DNA of 64,000 nucleotides from Enoplolaimus lenunculus (taxonomy: Eukaryota), in assembly GCA_030248215.1 (NCBI GenBank), contig JASANG010001204.1, forward strand, positions 62,001 through 126,000, given 5' to 3'. Position 1 is the stretch's first letter; every line of letters starts with the position of its first letter. A program made the translations under genes and the position numbers. The notes below the pieces were generated by a model. That model was not told the origin of the DNA. It did not search any database and saw only the letters and a program-made list of their open reading frames with translations. Shown here in pieces: positions 25,943 to 41,300 of this stretch.

Positions 25943-28013
25943 GTGACGGGTAAACAAAAACACTAAGACAACTTTATTAAACATTACAAACAGAAAATAC
26001 AAATTTAAAAATACGGCGTAAAGAGACAACATATCTGCCGACAAGAGCCTAGCCAAAGGGATTAAAGATCAATAACTTCTGATTTGCATCCAGGGTTTTA
26101 GGAGGAATGCTTTTGATTGGCGAATACAAAACTCCCCTTCGGGATTTGGGCCCATGTAAACATCAGGGGTGGACTATGTTTACACGGGACTGCAATAAAG
26201 CTTTAGCTGATTCGGACTTTTAAAACGGCCAGTCCATTATTACACGTACAATTATATACAAGTTAATCTAAGGCAACGGCTCAAACAAGCTATCACGCTC
26301 TCAAGTAAACCATTAATATAGCTTTATTTGCAGGATATATAAATACACCATCATAAATATTCATTACACTAAAACATAATATATTAATGCTTCTACGTGT
26401 TAAAATAAAATATTTCTACGCGAAATACAGAAAATGTTTGACATTTCGTTCTACAAATGGCTAACCGACGTCACATGTTTTAAAAGACCAAAAAAAATGA
26501 ATGTGAATGCGTTAATGAAACTATCTGAGCAAAGCGAGCGAGAAGCCAGACGTTTTTGTACTAAATCACATTCCACCTTCGATTTCGGGGTTTCCTTACC
26601 TCGGGCCTCCAAATGACGTTGTTGGCAGTACTAACAGCTGCCCTGCTGGAGTCTGCCGAATTAGCTGTAACTGTATTTTCCGCTTAGTACACAAATTATG
26701 TGTCGGAGGTACGTATATCAAGCTTTATTAAAATAACAACGCTATAATACTAACAGAATGTTTCGTTTATTGTGGAACACAAACACGCTTTTGTTTGACA
26801 GACAATTAAATAATGAAAATAAAGTAACAATATACAATTGACAAAAATTTTCAACAAAAATTACAATTCAAGACCTTTAACGTAGGTAAAAACGATTAAG
26901 CCAGTAATGGTTCGTCGAAATGGCTACGACAATTCGATATTAAATAAAAAGTTCCTTGAAGCCTGAACCAAGCGTCACATTTAACAGGAGAAGTATAAAC
27001 TTCATAACGGTATTTAAACTCTAGGCAAACATGAACCCAGACAAAATAGAAATCCGAAAACTCAGACATTTGCGAAACATGTACAATACTATGGCCATGA
27101 AATTGTTTCAAACTTCCAGAATCACGAATATACATAATCCAATCTATCGCTCATAAAAAATTTAACACAAAAATGCTGCTAAATTCGACATATCTTTAAT
27201 AATTGAAGCAACAGACTTACATCACGATCACACATCTACTTTAATTAATTACGAATACACACATTTACACTAAATGAAGAAAAACTGAACACTAATGGAT
27301 ATGCAGTTTTACAAGCCTCGTTTCAATGAACAGAAATACGCAAAAATTAACAGTGCACATCGATTTGGGTTCAGGCAAACCAGGATTCATTTGTATGCGC
27401 AATAACCATATTCTTAACTTTAACAGGGTACGTAATACAAAGTCCAATATTCCTTCACCAGTGGTGTATGTAACAAAGCAAGATAACATGATATAATATT
27501 TACCACTAATTGTAAACGAAAAAAATCCAATTTAGTAATCTTACCCAAAAATCATCGCCAACTCAATGGAACTTCCGTCCACACAATAGCCACTTTTGTT
27601 AATTGATCAAGAATTAAGGATTTGACAACAGTTTACTTTTCACGCGAAAATGCACGACAGAATCTAAAAAATTTCAAATAGCTAAAAATAATGCCAAAGC
27701 ACAAATATGCAGCAACCGAAGAATTTCTGAACACATCTGCATTTAAAACACACACGACAGAGGTACAAACTGAAAAATTACGTTCTTTTTAAGACGACTG
27801 TTGTAATGCAATATTTCCAAATTCAAACCTAAGCATAATGGCTAAAAATTTATTCATCAACAAATAGTGACAGTTGTGAAACTGTACATCCCGCATACAC
27901 CGCTGCAAGTCAACACAACAATATTTTACAGCCTATAAAACAGCGCCCCTTACTTTTAAGAACATCGCTCACCCTGTTATCTGGCACCACATTTCAATTA
28001 AACACTTCTAGAT

Positions 28014-29389
28014 CTAATCCACAGACTGTTCGTTTTCCAGTTGTTCGATAATACTTTCCTCAATCAATCGTACTTCATCATCTGCACAACATTTAGATCT
28101 GTTTTCGGCTGGAAAAACGCCCAATATAACGGCACTTTCCAAATCGAGTCTTACGTGCGCAGTAGGCGAAGCGGGACTCTGGCGACCGTTCGAGTTCTGT
28201 AGTCTACGCCAGCCTTTGTCGTCCGCTGGTCCAGATTCCAAAACGTCACTACTTATCTCTTCATGAAAATGGAATTGTACATTTGTCATTTGTTTTGTAT
28301 CTTTAGAAATAGTTTCCACAGCAGTGTTTGTGCATTCCATTCGCCTCTCATCAACGTGTTCAGACTGCTTCAAAAAGGCGCCGTTATTTTCCCTCGTATT
28401 AGATTTCTGTTCCATTTTCTGCTCTTCATCGTCGCCCGTCATTCCCTTACCGTGTTCTGACTCGCTATCTAAAATCAAAACCTCATCAGAACCACTCGAT
28501 CCCGATGTATGAATTCTGCGTTTGTTTTCTTCATCCAAGATTCCGGTGTCACCGCAGATATTGGTATCTCCGTCACAGCTACTTGGTTCCTCATAACAGT
28601 GCCACTCATCGGGCGTTTGCCGGTTATTGGCATCATTAGCATCTTGCTCCAGACTCGGACTTCTGGTAACAGATCGACTACTCAAAATTTCAGCTGAGCC
28701 TGGCGTTGGCAATCGCTCGCTACTGTAGTCACTGCGTCTGCGATATCTGCGATCTACTAGCCGTTCTGTGACGCAAGAAGGCGATACTTGTCGATCAGAT
28801 CCACTGTTTCGACAGGAAAGAGATCGGAGCCCTTTGGTCGCAGACAACGATCGACGTCCGGACGATTTTGAGCCACTGCTGCTCGAGTCACGTGATCGGC
28901 CGCTTCGATCTCGTGACCCAATCTGCTGATCACGTAATTTAGGTTGGCGATCACGCGATGCAAAGTGTCGATCCCGTGATGCACGTGGTCGATCACTTAG
29001 TCCACCTTGTCGATCACGCGATCGACGTCTACGTCGACTTACCAATCGACAGCGATCAGTTGGCTGATCATTCCATTGACAGAATCGACCACTGCTTACT
29101 TGAGATCGCGACCGGCTTCGACTCCTACTTGCACATCTGACAGTTACAGATACGGAGCGCACCTCAGAGGAATTGCGCGAACGTCTTTGGTCTGGACTTA
29201 CTGATTCTGGTTGATTACTACTAGAGCGGCTACACGAGGCGACCGATGAGACTACAGACTGATCACGAGACTGCCTTGCAGCCTCGAAGCCGGTGACACT
29301 TCCAACACTGCACATATCATCATCACTAATGACAACAACGGGTAAGTTTTGAGCGTCTGTCCTAGGCTTCTTTGTTTTTCTTTTGCGAC
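28014..29389 (-). CDS. Zinc-finger gene terminal coding exon (basic NLS-like stretch, VVVISDDD, RS/SRDR repeats, acidic tail)
   Basis: TTTATAG acceptor in phase 1 matches the 30655 donor; contains the 433-aa ORF; stop at 28014. Confidence 0.8.
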
Positions 29390-32300
29390 CTATAAAGAAG
29401 ACGGCTGAACAGGTGCAACATTAAGCACAGACTTGGTGTATAGTGGCAGAAAGACCACTGAAACGACTAGCTTAGCAAAAGTCACAGCATAAATGAGGTA
29501 AATAGTTAAATTAGTCAAGAACAAATTAGGACTTTTTAAACAATTTTACGGTTTATTAGTATTATAACAAGCATTCAAATTCAGTGCTAAAGGGTTTTTG
29601 GGTGCGAGAATCGGAATAAATTGTTTATAAAGCTTCAAGACCGATAAGTAAATATTTAGCTAATAGCTAATATGTATATTAGCTTAACTGTTAAGCATAA
29701 ATTAACACTTTTTAAATTATTTCACTGATTACTAGAGTTACTGAAGTGTTTCTGGGTGCGACCAATCCGAGTAAACTGTTTATAAACCTCCATAACTGAT
29801 AACTGAGTACATAGCTAATAGCTAATTCGCATATTAGCTTAACTAGTTAAGCTTAAATTGCAAGATTTTAAATGATTTCATTATTATTATTAGAGTGACA
29901 AGCAATAAAATTCAGTACTAAAAGGTGTTCGGGTGCGAGCAATCGAAATAAATTGTTCATAAACCTTCAAGGCCGACAATTAAATAGTTAGCTAACAGCA
30001 AATTTGCATATTAGTTTAGCTGATAAGCCTAATTAAAACTTTTTAATATATTTCACTGATTATTACGGTTACTGAATGGTTCCTGGGTGCGAGCAATCTG
30101 AATAAATTGTTTAGAAACCTCCAAAACCGTTAAATGAAGACTTAGCTAATAGCTAACTTGCATATTAATTTAATTAGTTAAGCCTAAATTAGTACTTTTT
30201 AAATTATCACTAAAGAGTTATTGGGAGCGAAAAATCTAAATACATTGTTTATAAACCTCCAAAACCGATCAATGAACAGTTGGCTAATAACTATGTTGCG
30301 CATTAGAGTTGTTGGAAAGTAATTGAATCAAAATATCCGTTTGTGCTTTATAAATTTGGAATGCTTAACTATTCGATTAAAAACTAAGTATGTCAGAGCT
30401 TTACTAAATACAATACTTTCAGTGTAAAGCACACTTAAACCTCGGCCGTGTACCGATGAGTAGCATCAACGCGAACCATTCTAAATCATACATGAATCAG
30501 TCAAGAGCAGTCAAATCGGGAACGAAATGCTGTGTATACAGCTGATTTTAAGAAGCCAATACGAAAAAATTCATTTCCAAGTTACAAAAATATAAGACTC
30601 ACCACCCTTGAAAAAACTCTGAGACCACCGGTGGCATCAGCAAGTCATATTTACCTTTTCTTATGAATCTATGTTTATTATAGCACAATCGATGAAGTCT
30701 CCATGAAAATGAAACACCGCCACATGTTTCACATGTGAAATGTTCGAGTACTTGATCGTCCGCATTTTCCGTATTTCTTGCTGCGTTAAAACTATCAGAT
30801 AGTGTAAAATGGCTTTCTTGAATGTGGTCCCGCATATTCTCCCATACACTAAAATTAATAGCATCTTTCTTCCAAGAGCGCTACTAGCAAAGTTTTGGAG
30901 GTTGACGCCCTGTTGTGCTTTTGGGTCTAAGGGTTTTAGAAACTTTTATAGTTAAAAGCGCAAGAAACCCCACTTGAAAATTTTTTTACAGTTATTCCAT
31001 GCAAATTAGTTTAGGCAAAAATTTATATGGTAACAATTTATTGCAAAACTTGAAGTTGTTTGTTCGTGACCAACTTATTTTCTAACAAAATAGGACAAAA
31101 CAATGCAAATTACGGCAATACAGCAACCAAAATAACGAATAATTAATGCCGATTTGAAAGAGCACGAAGTATCTTTAAATTAAATAAAGGGTCTTACCCG
31201 AATTCTAACGGGCAATCGAAGTCAAAACACAAATATCTTTCGTCATTTCCGTGTTCTTTTCTAAGGTGCAGCAGACATTCCTGCAACAACCCAGATGAAC
31301 ACAACAAAATTACGGTTTCGCATATCTACAACTCTACAAGTAAGTTTTTATAATCTCAGAGAAAGTTTCAATTCAATCTAGACTGTTCACTATTTAGAGA
31401 CATCAGAAAAACTCAGCAGTAATATACATACGTACATAAATTACCTATTCAGACGCACCGCGATCTTACCGCCAGCTCAATTTACTCAAGCATGTATGTA
31501 ATCAACTACGAAAAATACCCAAGTTGAGCTGGATACTTCAATATTTGGTAGTGGCATTTTCCAAAGCCAGAGCAGGAAAAACAAAACAAAAAGTACAACT
31601 CGATCGCATTAATTCAGTACCCATTATTTGTTGCAATCTTGTTCATATAAGGGGTTTGCTGTTAACTGTGTTACCCTTGTTATTTTTCTCAGAAATAATG
31701 GTTTAATATAGAAATGAGCCGGATACCAAATTTTTGCCGAAACCAATATCCAGTTATATCTTTATTTTAACTAATAAACTCAGCAACTAGTAAGTATGCT
31801 CACAAAATCACATTATATTGTCAGAATATTACATTATAAGAAAATGGCGCTAGAAAACAATAAATGTTTTTATGCACCGTATTTCTCATACCATCAAAAT
31901 GTCAAAGAGGTATGCTTAGTACCTTGAAATCGAAATTAGCAACAACTAAAATCAGTTATTTAAAAAATTTTAGAACAGAACATACCTTCAACTCCATAAA
32001 CGTATTCTCACATCCTTCTGGTTGCATTTTACACGGGAACGGAAATGTATCAGTATGGTTTTGCAGTTCGTGGTGGACTATAGAGTTGGCAACAGACACA
32101 GCTTCCGCTAAAGGAGCAACAAAGCTTGCTGAACAGTAGGAGCACAGAATCTGAAATAATAAAATACATTACGATAATGAGTAATTGTGCTCTGTGCCCG
32201 TATCAATATTTTAGTGATAAGTATAAGTACAGTAACCAATAGTAGTTTTTAAATACCCGCTTTGTGAAGCCAAAATTCGACAACTATTTGAAAATATTGT

Positions 32301-35300
32301 CCAAAAAAGACATTAAACTTTCCACAACATATACCATTTGCGCGGTTAAGCGACATGTGTTGTTCTAACACCAAATTTCAGAAATACTAGCGAAAGACCT
32401 TCGCGACCATTATTTTATACACTACATTCCACGTATCATACTGCATGTTTTTCTGATATTTTACGCCTCACTTTACGTTTAAACGATCATTTTCAAACAA
32501 TGTTATTTTAGATGTTCTAGTTTTCATCTGATCATCAAATTGCAACTTGCAAGCTCGTGTAAACGAAAAAAATCGTGTTGGTTTTACCACTCAAAAAATA
32601 ACAAAACAAAAACATTTGGAATTTGAAATTCCCGCTCCGAAAAGAAATTGAATTCCCACTGAAATTATGTCTAAATTTTATTCCGGTTGAAACCCTGGCA
32701 CCTACCTTTATCACATCGTCAAAGGTATCATTCTTCCCAGATATAACATTCAAGTTTCCCATTTTTTTCCGGCTAGCAGCGCCAGGTCGAGATTTTAGCA
32801 CGCCGCCAGTCGTTACCGTCGCATAATTAGACAGTGCCCTATTTTCCGCAACCGATTTCCGCGTCAAATCCGGTGGTTTAACTACATAGCTGGCCACATC
32901 CGAGGCAGTGGCTTCGTGTTGAGAAACAGACATACCCGGTGGCAAGACAAACTCTGCTGCAGTTACAGGTGCATAACAATTCGGCGGTGGGAATTGCAAA
33001 CTGGAAACCATTTCCGGGGAAAGAAGAGGATTTTTATTGGAATTGCCATCATCAAGCCCTGGACATGAAGTATACAATCTTGTGACGCCAAGCATATAAC
33101 CAAACCCCCCGCTAGCAATCGTTGAACTTGGAATGAAGTCAGTTTCATCAGAATGACGATAAGGAACTGTCACAGACCCTCCAAGCTGCTTGGAAACCTC
33201 GCTTGCATATTGAAGGGTCACATGCGGTCTTATCTTTGAATAAGCCGGGTTGCACATACCTTCTGTGTAAATATTAGTCTGCCATCGTGTCAAAAATTTT
33301 GGCACATTTTGGGGCATTAATGATATGATAGGTGGACTGCATCCGTTTGCGACGTGACGCTTCCATTCTTCTGCTGTAATGTACATCCCATTGCAGTTGC
33401 TACATAAATACTGATGATGAATTTTGTGAGAATAGTAACAGAATCGTGCTCCCCGCCATGAGCCAAACGGACCTGAAGTAATACATGACAATAAAATGTT
33501 CAAAATATCAATAGCCACTCAATTCTAATATAATGATTCCATTTGACGATTTAATATTCGCAAGTTTGTTAAGCGTAATTTACGCCAGGTTTAACATCGG
33601 GCACCAATATGTTAGTCTACGCACAGGGAGTGCGCAAAGAGCTGAAACATAAAGTTTAAGAAATAAATATACACTACTAAATTGGGATACAGCAACTATT
33701 TTTAGTAATGTGCGTGGTTGCCAAACCTTCAACGTACACAGATAACTTTACAATTTTAAAACTTACCACAAACTAAAGCAATATTGTGTATATATTGCTC
33801 TTACTTTTGCACTGTTCGCAACGAAACAAAGGAAAATTATGCGACTTCTCACAATGACAAGCCCAAAAATGAGCAACGAGTCGAGCAAAACCAGTATCCG
33901 TTTCTTTGCAACTCTATAATTACAAAATGCAGTATAGGCTATGCTATAAGCAAGCGGTGAAAAAAAACAGAAAACTTTGAAACGTATTCATTGTAGCTTA
34001 CAACTAATGCCTATGAACCATATTCACAAGTCATAACTCATAAAGCAAGCTAACCACAACATTCATAAGTAAGAAAATTCATTCAGAGGTGGTTATCATC
34101 AGCTAAAAAAGCATTCAAGCTTTAACCTTGTAGAAACCAAATTACAAAATAAGTACTGAATTGACGTGATTACGTTTAATTTTTTGTCAAAATATGCATT
34201 TAAATATCCGGTTCTAGCGAGTATCTCTGGTACCCGGTTAATTCAAAGAATACGGCCACATAACTTATGTGGGCATAATCGGACAGTGATGGCTAGTATT
34301 ACTTTTAGAAAAATACCCGCGTTCTCTCGGCATCATCTTTATTTAATGTATTTAATTCAATGGTGCAAAGTTTGAAGCCAAACTGTGAGTCGATACCTCA
34401 ACTGGACATCGGTACATCTTAATTCCATCCGAGGAATTCATCGAATGCTTTAGTCGAATATGTTCAAGAATATCATCAATTGACAGAAACGAAGCGTTTT
34501 CTGGTGTGCATCCAAAATGACACCGATAAATCTCGGGCCGCGACATTGGATGTGCAGATATTTCATGTTCCACCACCGAACACACTTTGCTTTCCGCCAG
34601 AGTCCACGAAAATTGACCGAAACAATGCGCACACACCACCTGTGTTAATGAATATTGCAAACAGAAGTTTAAACTTTGGTGGGTAATTAAACCAAATAAA
34701 AACATAAACGGGTCATTTTTGTCTGAACTATGGATAATCTGCAAAATCTAACCACCACTTAATTATTGAGACAAGGTGAGCCAAATGCACAACGCGCGCT
34801 GGGTATACTATGCAAAGCCTTTAACCAAAAGTTTTGTGAAAATGTTCCATGTATGTCTGCGTAAACATCAACATAAATAAAATTATAAGCATGCTAGTCT
34901 AGCGTCATCCCCTATCATTCTAAAAAAAAACGAGCGACTACGTCGTCGTTTGAAAAAAAACTAAGGAACACCAAATTACTTGCAATATACGCCTTTCAAC
35001 AACCCCATTTTTCAGGGACTTAGGCTGTCCGGGGTCATGCATCATGTTTTTGTGCACATTGCAAACGAAATACTTTAGCCAAGTAACAACAAGCAACAGA
35101 TGTTTTCGTTACCTGGATAATTTTCACCCTTAGTATGGGCTACACTTTAAAACAAAATGACTTTCTCCGTGCCCATAACCATTTGAAGAGACCCATAAAC
35201 ATCAGCATTTAGTAACTTTTTTACGCATACAACACCAATCCAAAACCAACACTGAACGGAACTTCAAAGACATTCATTAACCTTTGCCGGCTCATCAGGT

Positions 35301-38300
35301 ACAGAAGCGCCATCCAGTGACGTAACCGGGTGTGTTACATCAATATGGCGTATCAACGTTTCAAAATCGTCAAATACCGTCTGACCAAAAAGCGCCGCCC
35401 TGGGCTCTTTGACTCGTTCCCGCAATTGGCGACGTTCGACAAATCCAATGATTTGAGCTAGCGTCAAATCTACACCTCCAAACCGGTATTCGATTTGATC
35501 ACAGTATTCATCATTGATCGCGGTTGCTTGCGATTGAGTTATCGGTAAATCGAGAGCAATTTCAGGCGATGACTGTACACAAAACGGACAGGTGTATTTC
35601 CCTCAAAATATTCCAAATGAGGAAAATATTAAATCAACACATTTATACAACTTAAAGTTATACTCATATGAAAAATAACTAACTTTAAAAAGTCATGACA
35701 GCTCAACTAAGAACGAGCAAAACACAATTGAATTGTGTTAAAACAGATCAAAGAAATAAGAAAGACGATGCATTTGGAACATTTTCTTTCAACCAAAATG
35801 GAAAGAACAAAAGTTTTGAAGTTCAGTCCTTGCATAGGAAAGAGACACCTTTTCAGCTTGGTCCTTGTCCATTCTATTGCTGATCATATTATATACAAAT
35901 GTTACATAAGCTTGTCAAAACTTACAAGTGGTTCTATCTAGCACATTCATGTGTTCAGACAAATAATGTTCTTTAAGCTTCCGTCGTCCAGTGATAGATT
36001 TTGTGCACACAGGACACTCGTGTTCTCGGCACTTATCGCTCGCTTTGTGCGTTCCATATTCCGCGTTTGGTACAATGTTATTACACGCCATACATCGGGT
36101 TGTCTCAGCCGGAATGAGTGTGTTTTTCGCAGCGGCCATGGCCAATTCTGCGTCACGATGTTTGGCACTACAAATGAAATGGCTTTTAACCATAGCTTGC
36201 ATGCAATGATATACCAGGGCGTCGCGACGGAATTTATAGGTCAACCCTCATTTTAAAATTTTTAATAAGGTTTTAGAAACTATTTCAGTTACCCTAGAAC
36301 GTATTCTGCTTTAACCCAGATCATACATTAACAACATAACGTCAACGAAACCATATATAAATAGATATCAGTCAAAACTCGAAAGAGACCTCGAGATACT
36401 TAGACACAATTGGTCCTTTACGCAGTCTCTGCAAACTAGAATACCTAAATTAATATCTTAATGACTCTACTATAAACCTATTCAGTTTCTTTATATTATT
36501 CTCAATTTTATTTAACGTATATGATCTATATACTCTATGACGAACTGCGCTATGAACCGAACATCTAGTTAAGAAGTGTTCTATAGATTCTTCTCCCATG
36601 ACCTACAACAAACCTACAATTGAAGCGCTGTTCGGAAGAAAGTATTTCCTACTACACCAATCATAGGCGACCACAATCAGTGCCTACGGCAAAAGAAAGC
36701 GTTAATACGCTCGACATACTACGAAATTTGAAGGAAACTAGAAGTGAAATCTAACGCTAAAATACTTAGTCACTGAAATATCATAATGTTTTGTAAAATA
36801 GCCATTTCCTATACATCAGTTCAGAATTTACATTGCTAGATATTTAGAATAAGCTAGGCAATATAAACAAAGAACTCATACTAACAGCACGATCCTATAC
36901 CAAGTGCTACGCCTCGTCGAAACTTGGCCACGACGAACTTACGCTGACAAACGATGAATATATCGTTTATCGACTTCAGGCAAAGCCAAATAATATGTTG
37001 CATGTTCAACTTGTTCATCTGTGAGCGTATGATTGAACGCACGATGATGTTCCCACAGGTTCCAGATACCTGTGAAGGGCAGAGTGCACACCCGAGTTGA
37101 CGACGATACGAGATTACACGCATGCTGGCAAATGTACACTTCAATCAATGATTCTTCCACCCTAAAATGTGTTCTGTTCCTTGCATCTAGCTTAACACAA
37201 AATTAGTTAAATCAAATTACGTACTGTTGCTGTGGTTTAACCAAGCCTCAGGAACAGTTATTATATTCTACACTCGAATTGCTTGATAACGCTAAATGAT
37301 AAGACTATCTGCAATACTATTGTTTTTTTACGTTTCGAAACAATTTTTTTAATATTCATAACTTCGAAATCTATGTAAAATATAATATTGACCACCATGA
37401 CAACATACAATAAAGCCCTATTTTGCAGCAAAACTTGCACATGCAACTTGCATGTGCAAGCTTGGTCATAAAACAACTTTGATGTTCTTGCAGCTGCAAA
37501 AAATTGACTGGAATAGATGCTATTGAATTTAATTCGCAAAAGTGAACTCAATTGTAAGTTACAGGAATTTCCTGCACCTTCATTTGGATTGACCAGTTGG
37601 AAATTCGGCGAGGTTGACTGGACTAGTTCTGCATCTACTGAGCATTAAACAAGGCTTTGAAAATGGTTCCAAGTCAAAGAATTTCGAGTAAAGCCTACTT
37701 TGCGCAAGATTGTTTCTAGCAGCTAAGACTTGTAAATGCACGATTTGTTCGAAAATTCATTCGGAGAACTTGCAGCTGCAAAGATTCATGATGAATATGC
37801 GTGCAGAATTAATTAATATGCATGAATAGCCTTGCACATGGATTGAAAATATATACGCTACGCTTGATATTTATTGCCGTCTTATGTAAATTGTTGTATA
37901 AATTCACGTCAATATTCAGAACGAAAATTATGTTTCCTTGCAAATACTTGCAGGTGCACTAATTCGTGCAAGTTGCAGCTGCGAGTACTCGTTGCAAAAA
38001 TCTGCACGTGTGAACAGCATTTAAACCAAATAACGTGTAATTGCATTAGTTTCAAAGTAACATAATACGTATATTATGGCTGATGTTGATTAACATGCTA
38101 TGGCATGACCAAAAAGTCAAAATACAACAGGAAGTCTGAATCCGGTGCCTACCCGGCTTGACAGAAATGTAAAAATTATTGCTAAAATTAGAGAACGATT
38201 TTTACATGACTTTAGCTACCTAATTTCATATCAATGGCAGGTCCTGACACATTTTGCTGACCTACGGCTCCGGTATTTCTTACCCAGGGTTGCGCCTTGC

Positions 38301-41300
38301 GAATCACGTGTATACATGTCTTTCTTGAATGAAAGATCGATCCACTATAGAAACTAACTCACCGCTTCACGCTCTTGTACTGCCTTTGAACCACATGATC
38401 AGACCACTGCCGGACGTTGAAATCATACTCATTGGTTCGGTCGTTCCAACTTGCTAATTCGTACCAAAACGAACTTGGACGATCTACACCAAACATACCC
38501 CATACAGTTGCGACAGGACTCGTCCCCGAATATGTCGTGTCAGCTTTAATAAAACTGCCACTGTGATCTAAATACAAGTCAACAAATATTTGCAAAAAAC
38601 TATCAACACTCTGCTTAAAGTTTGATTTTAACAAGTGATAAAATGACAGCCTGCGTCACCTTTATGGCTCTATGTGCTATGAGTAAGATAACAAACAAAT
38701 TTACTTAATATATTCAATTTCAATTTTACTCATGAAAACTTTGGCCTAGCTGTGATTCGCTTTCGTTATTCCTTAAGCGTACTGTTAGAGTTTTTCGTTA
38801 GTTACTGTCATCTTACACCACTGATAAGTTAACCGACCATGGCTCCATATGCATCTGCACACACCGGCTTTGTTTATGGTTATTCTTTACAATTTAATAC
38901 CCTCTCGAGTTTTCACACTTTCCAGCTTTACCTGTCATATGAATGTGCCAACCTATAGGGACCACTGTTCTTAAGCAATGTTTAACAAACCCGCGTGCAG
39001 GCTCAAAACCTGCAAGCCGATCCATCGCTAACTAATTTATCTACCTTTTATACTTGCTCCAACCTGAAACTTGGCAACGTCAGCACTCACCAAACTCCTT
39101 CCATTATGCGGATTAATTATTATACTAGGCACCCAAACACTTAAATCTATTTCGATGACATGTTTTAAACAGCAAAACTGGGCCGCATACAGAAACTAAA
39201 TCTGTAACTGGCAAAAGGACTCAACGCTAACCGATTACTAAACTGACCCCGATCGTTAAAAGCCTAACTAACTCCTGTCTACCATCCGATCACTATTGTC
39301 ATTTCCATCTTTTAACCACTTTTCCGCCAGCATTGGAGCTCCGTGTCTAATTTTTAGTTTTGCTCGATCAAACGTTCGTCTCCATTTAGCTAGCGACTCT
39401 TGAGCGTTACATTCTTCTTCATCACTATCACTTCGAGTATCACTGCACGACCTTTTATCTATTGGCGCCTTTTGAGGTGGAATGGACTTTGTCGGTAACA
39501 TATTGGAAAGGTTTGTATCAGATACATTACTGCCAAACACTTCAAATGTTTCTCGAAGCATAAGCAAAAGATCTTTTGACAACGGGCTTCGTTTCCGCTT
39601 AAGGCGCTCAACAAGTAATTTTGCAATATTGACCAATATTTCTTCAGCAGATTTATCGCCTGTATAAAATAGAAATAAGTACCGCGCAATCACGCTTTGT
39701 TAGTTCAGGAATGTGTTCGATCAGCAACAAAGACAAATTTACACAGTTAGTGCTTTAACAAAAGATAAATATTGTAAAATAGAAACACTACCGGTTTATA
39801 TTAAACCACTTATAAGATACAGTTATTAAAAAAATTAAGTGCAGGCGCAAAAACACATTAAAAGTTCCGAACTGAACAACAGTATGGCCACAAAAAGAAT
39901 GTAACTTTCTAAATGCCTCAAAATGAGAAAATTCAGAAGAAAATGTAAAACACCATTTCCGTCATTCAATACAACATAATTATTAACGCGCCATAACCGA
40001 TTTTACTTACCATTTAGCGCATCCTTGGCAAGCGAAGCGAACAACTTTGTCAAGTTTTTTTGACTCAATAAACTGTCCAATTCGCTACCACTATTCTGGT
40101 TGCTAGCCGCGTCATCACAGTATTCTCGGAGCAAATCTGCTAACTGGTCATTCGACATAGTCTTTTGACTAGTAGATCTGGTCACACTGGCACGTTTGCT
40201 ATTACTGATGACTATATTTTCGTTTTTATTGTTATTACTTGTAGCATTACTGCTGCCGCCGGTGGTGTTCGTTTTGCTAACGTAGGAATTTCGCATCTTA
40301 AAATAAATAAAAATGTATATAACGTTCACTTTACCAATTATATATATCGCTTGATTGCCAATAATTACTGAGGTCTCACCGTTGACCATAATAAAAACTG
40401 TTACAAATGTTACTTATAATTTCTAACAAAACCATAAAAATTCCGGTTCTGAATCTTTGAATATATGAACAAGAACTGGAGCAGGGATTGAAATTTTGTA
40501 GGAATTCCAGCCAGAACAGGAATTCCAGTTGAACCCTGTCTACTACTAGGACAAACTTACTGTTTACTCTTTTTAATGCTTTGTATTAGTATAAACGCTA
40601 TTTGAGTATTTGATATACGTGTCTGCATTGCAGTTATTCATTTATGAATAAAAATAATACGAACTTATTTCAGATGACAAACCTGAACTGCCTTTTTGGC
40701 TGCTGGCAAAGCAGCAGGCCCACAATCTTTAACCGTATTGAGAGCTTGCTGTAGTTTGGCGAAATCCAAATTCTTCAGTAACTGTGAGACACCGCCACCT
40801 GCTGCAAAGGACGGGGTGACATGTGGCTGAGGCGAATCCACCGGCTGTGGTCGACAAGGCGGTATTGTTGCCATAACCGCTCTCATGGTTGTTGGCATAG
40901 CAACGGCACCTTCGCGCGTGTTTGTCCTGCCATCACGGTCAGATTTTAGAGCACCTGCCTGGGGATAAGACGTGCGAGGCACTACCTCGACAAAAGAAAG
41001 GTCACCATCGTCCGTTTGTTCTGCAAGTTTGCTGTTATTTTCCACGACATTGTTTTTCATCAAATCTAAACCAACTTCTCAACATTTATCCAGGGTGCGA
41101 CCGGACATCCGGCTCCAGAAAAAATCGGCATCCTGCTCTGGTATTTTAACTTGCCGGATGTTTCTTAAAAACTTCAAAAAATTGAAACCATCATTTGTAT
41201 TTATGCCAACTACCATGGAACTGATTGACTTACTTATACCTATTTTCTCTGTCATACAGGTAATGTAAATTTTTGCGCGTGCCCGTGTACATTCGCAATC

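Noticed and set aside
35113..35139. 27-nt in-frame microexon (PILRVKIIQ) of the zinc-finger gene
   Set aside because: Splice sites are plausible, but it is not needed for frame and has no other support.
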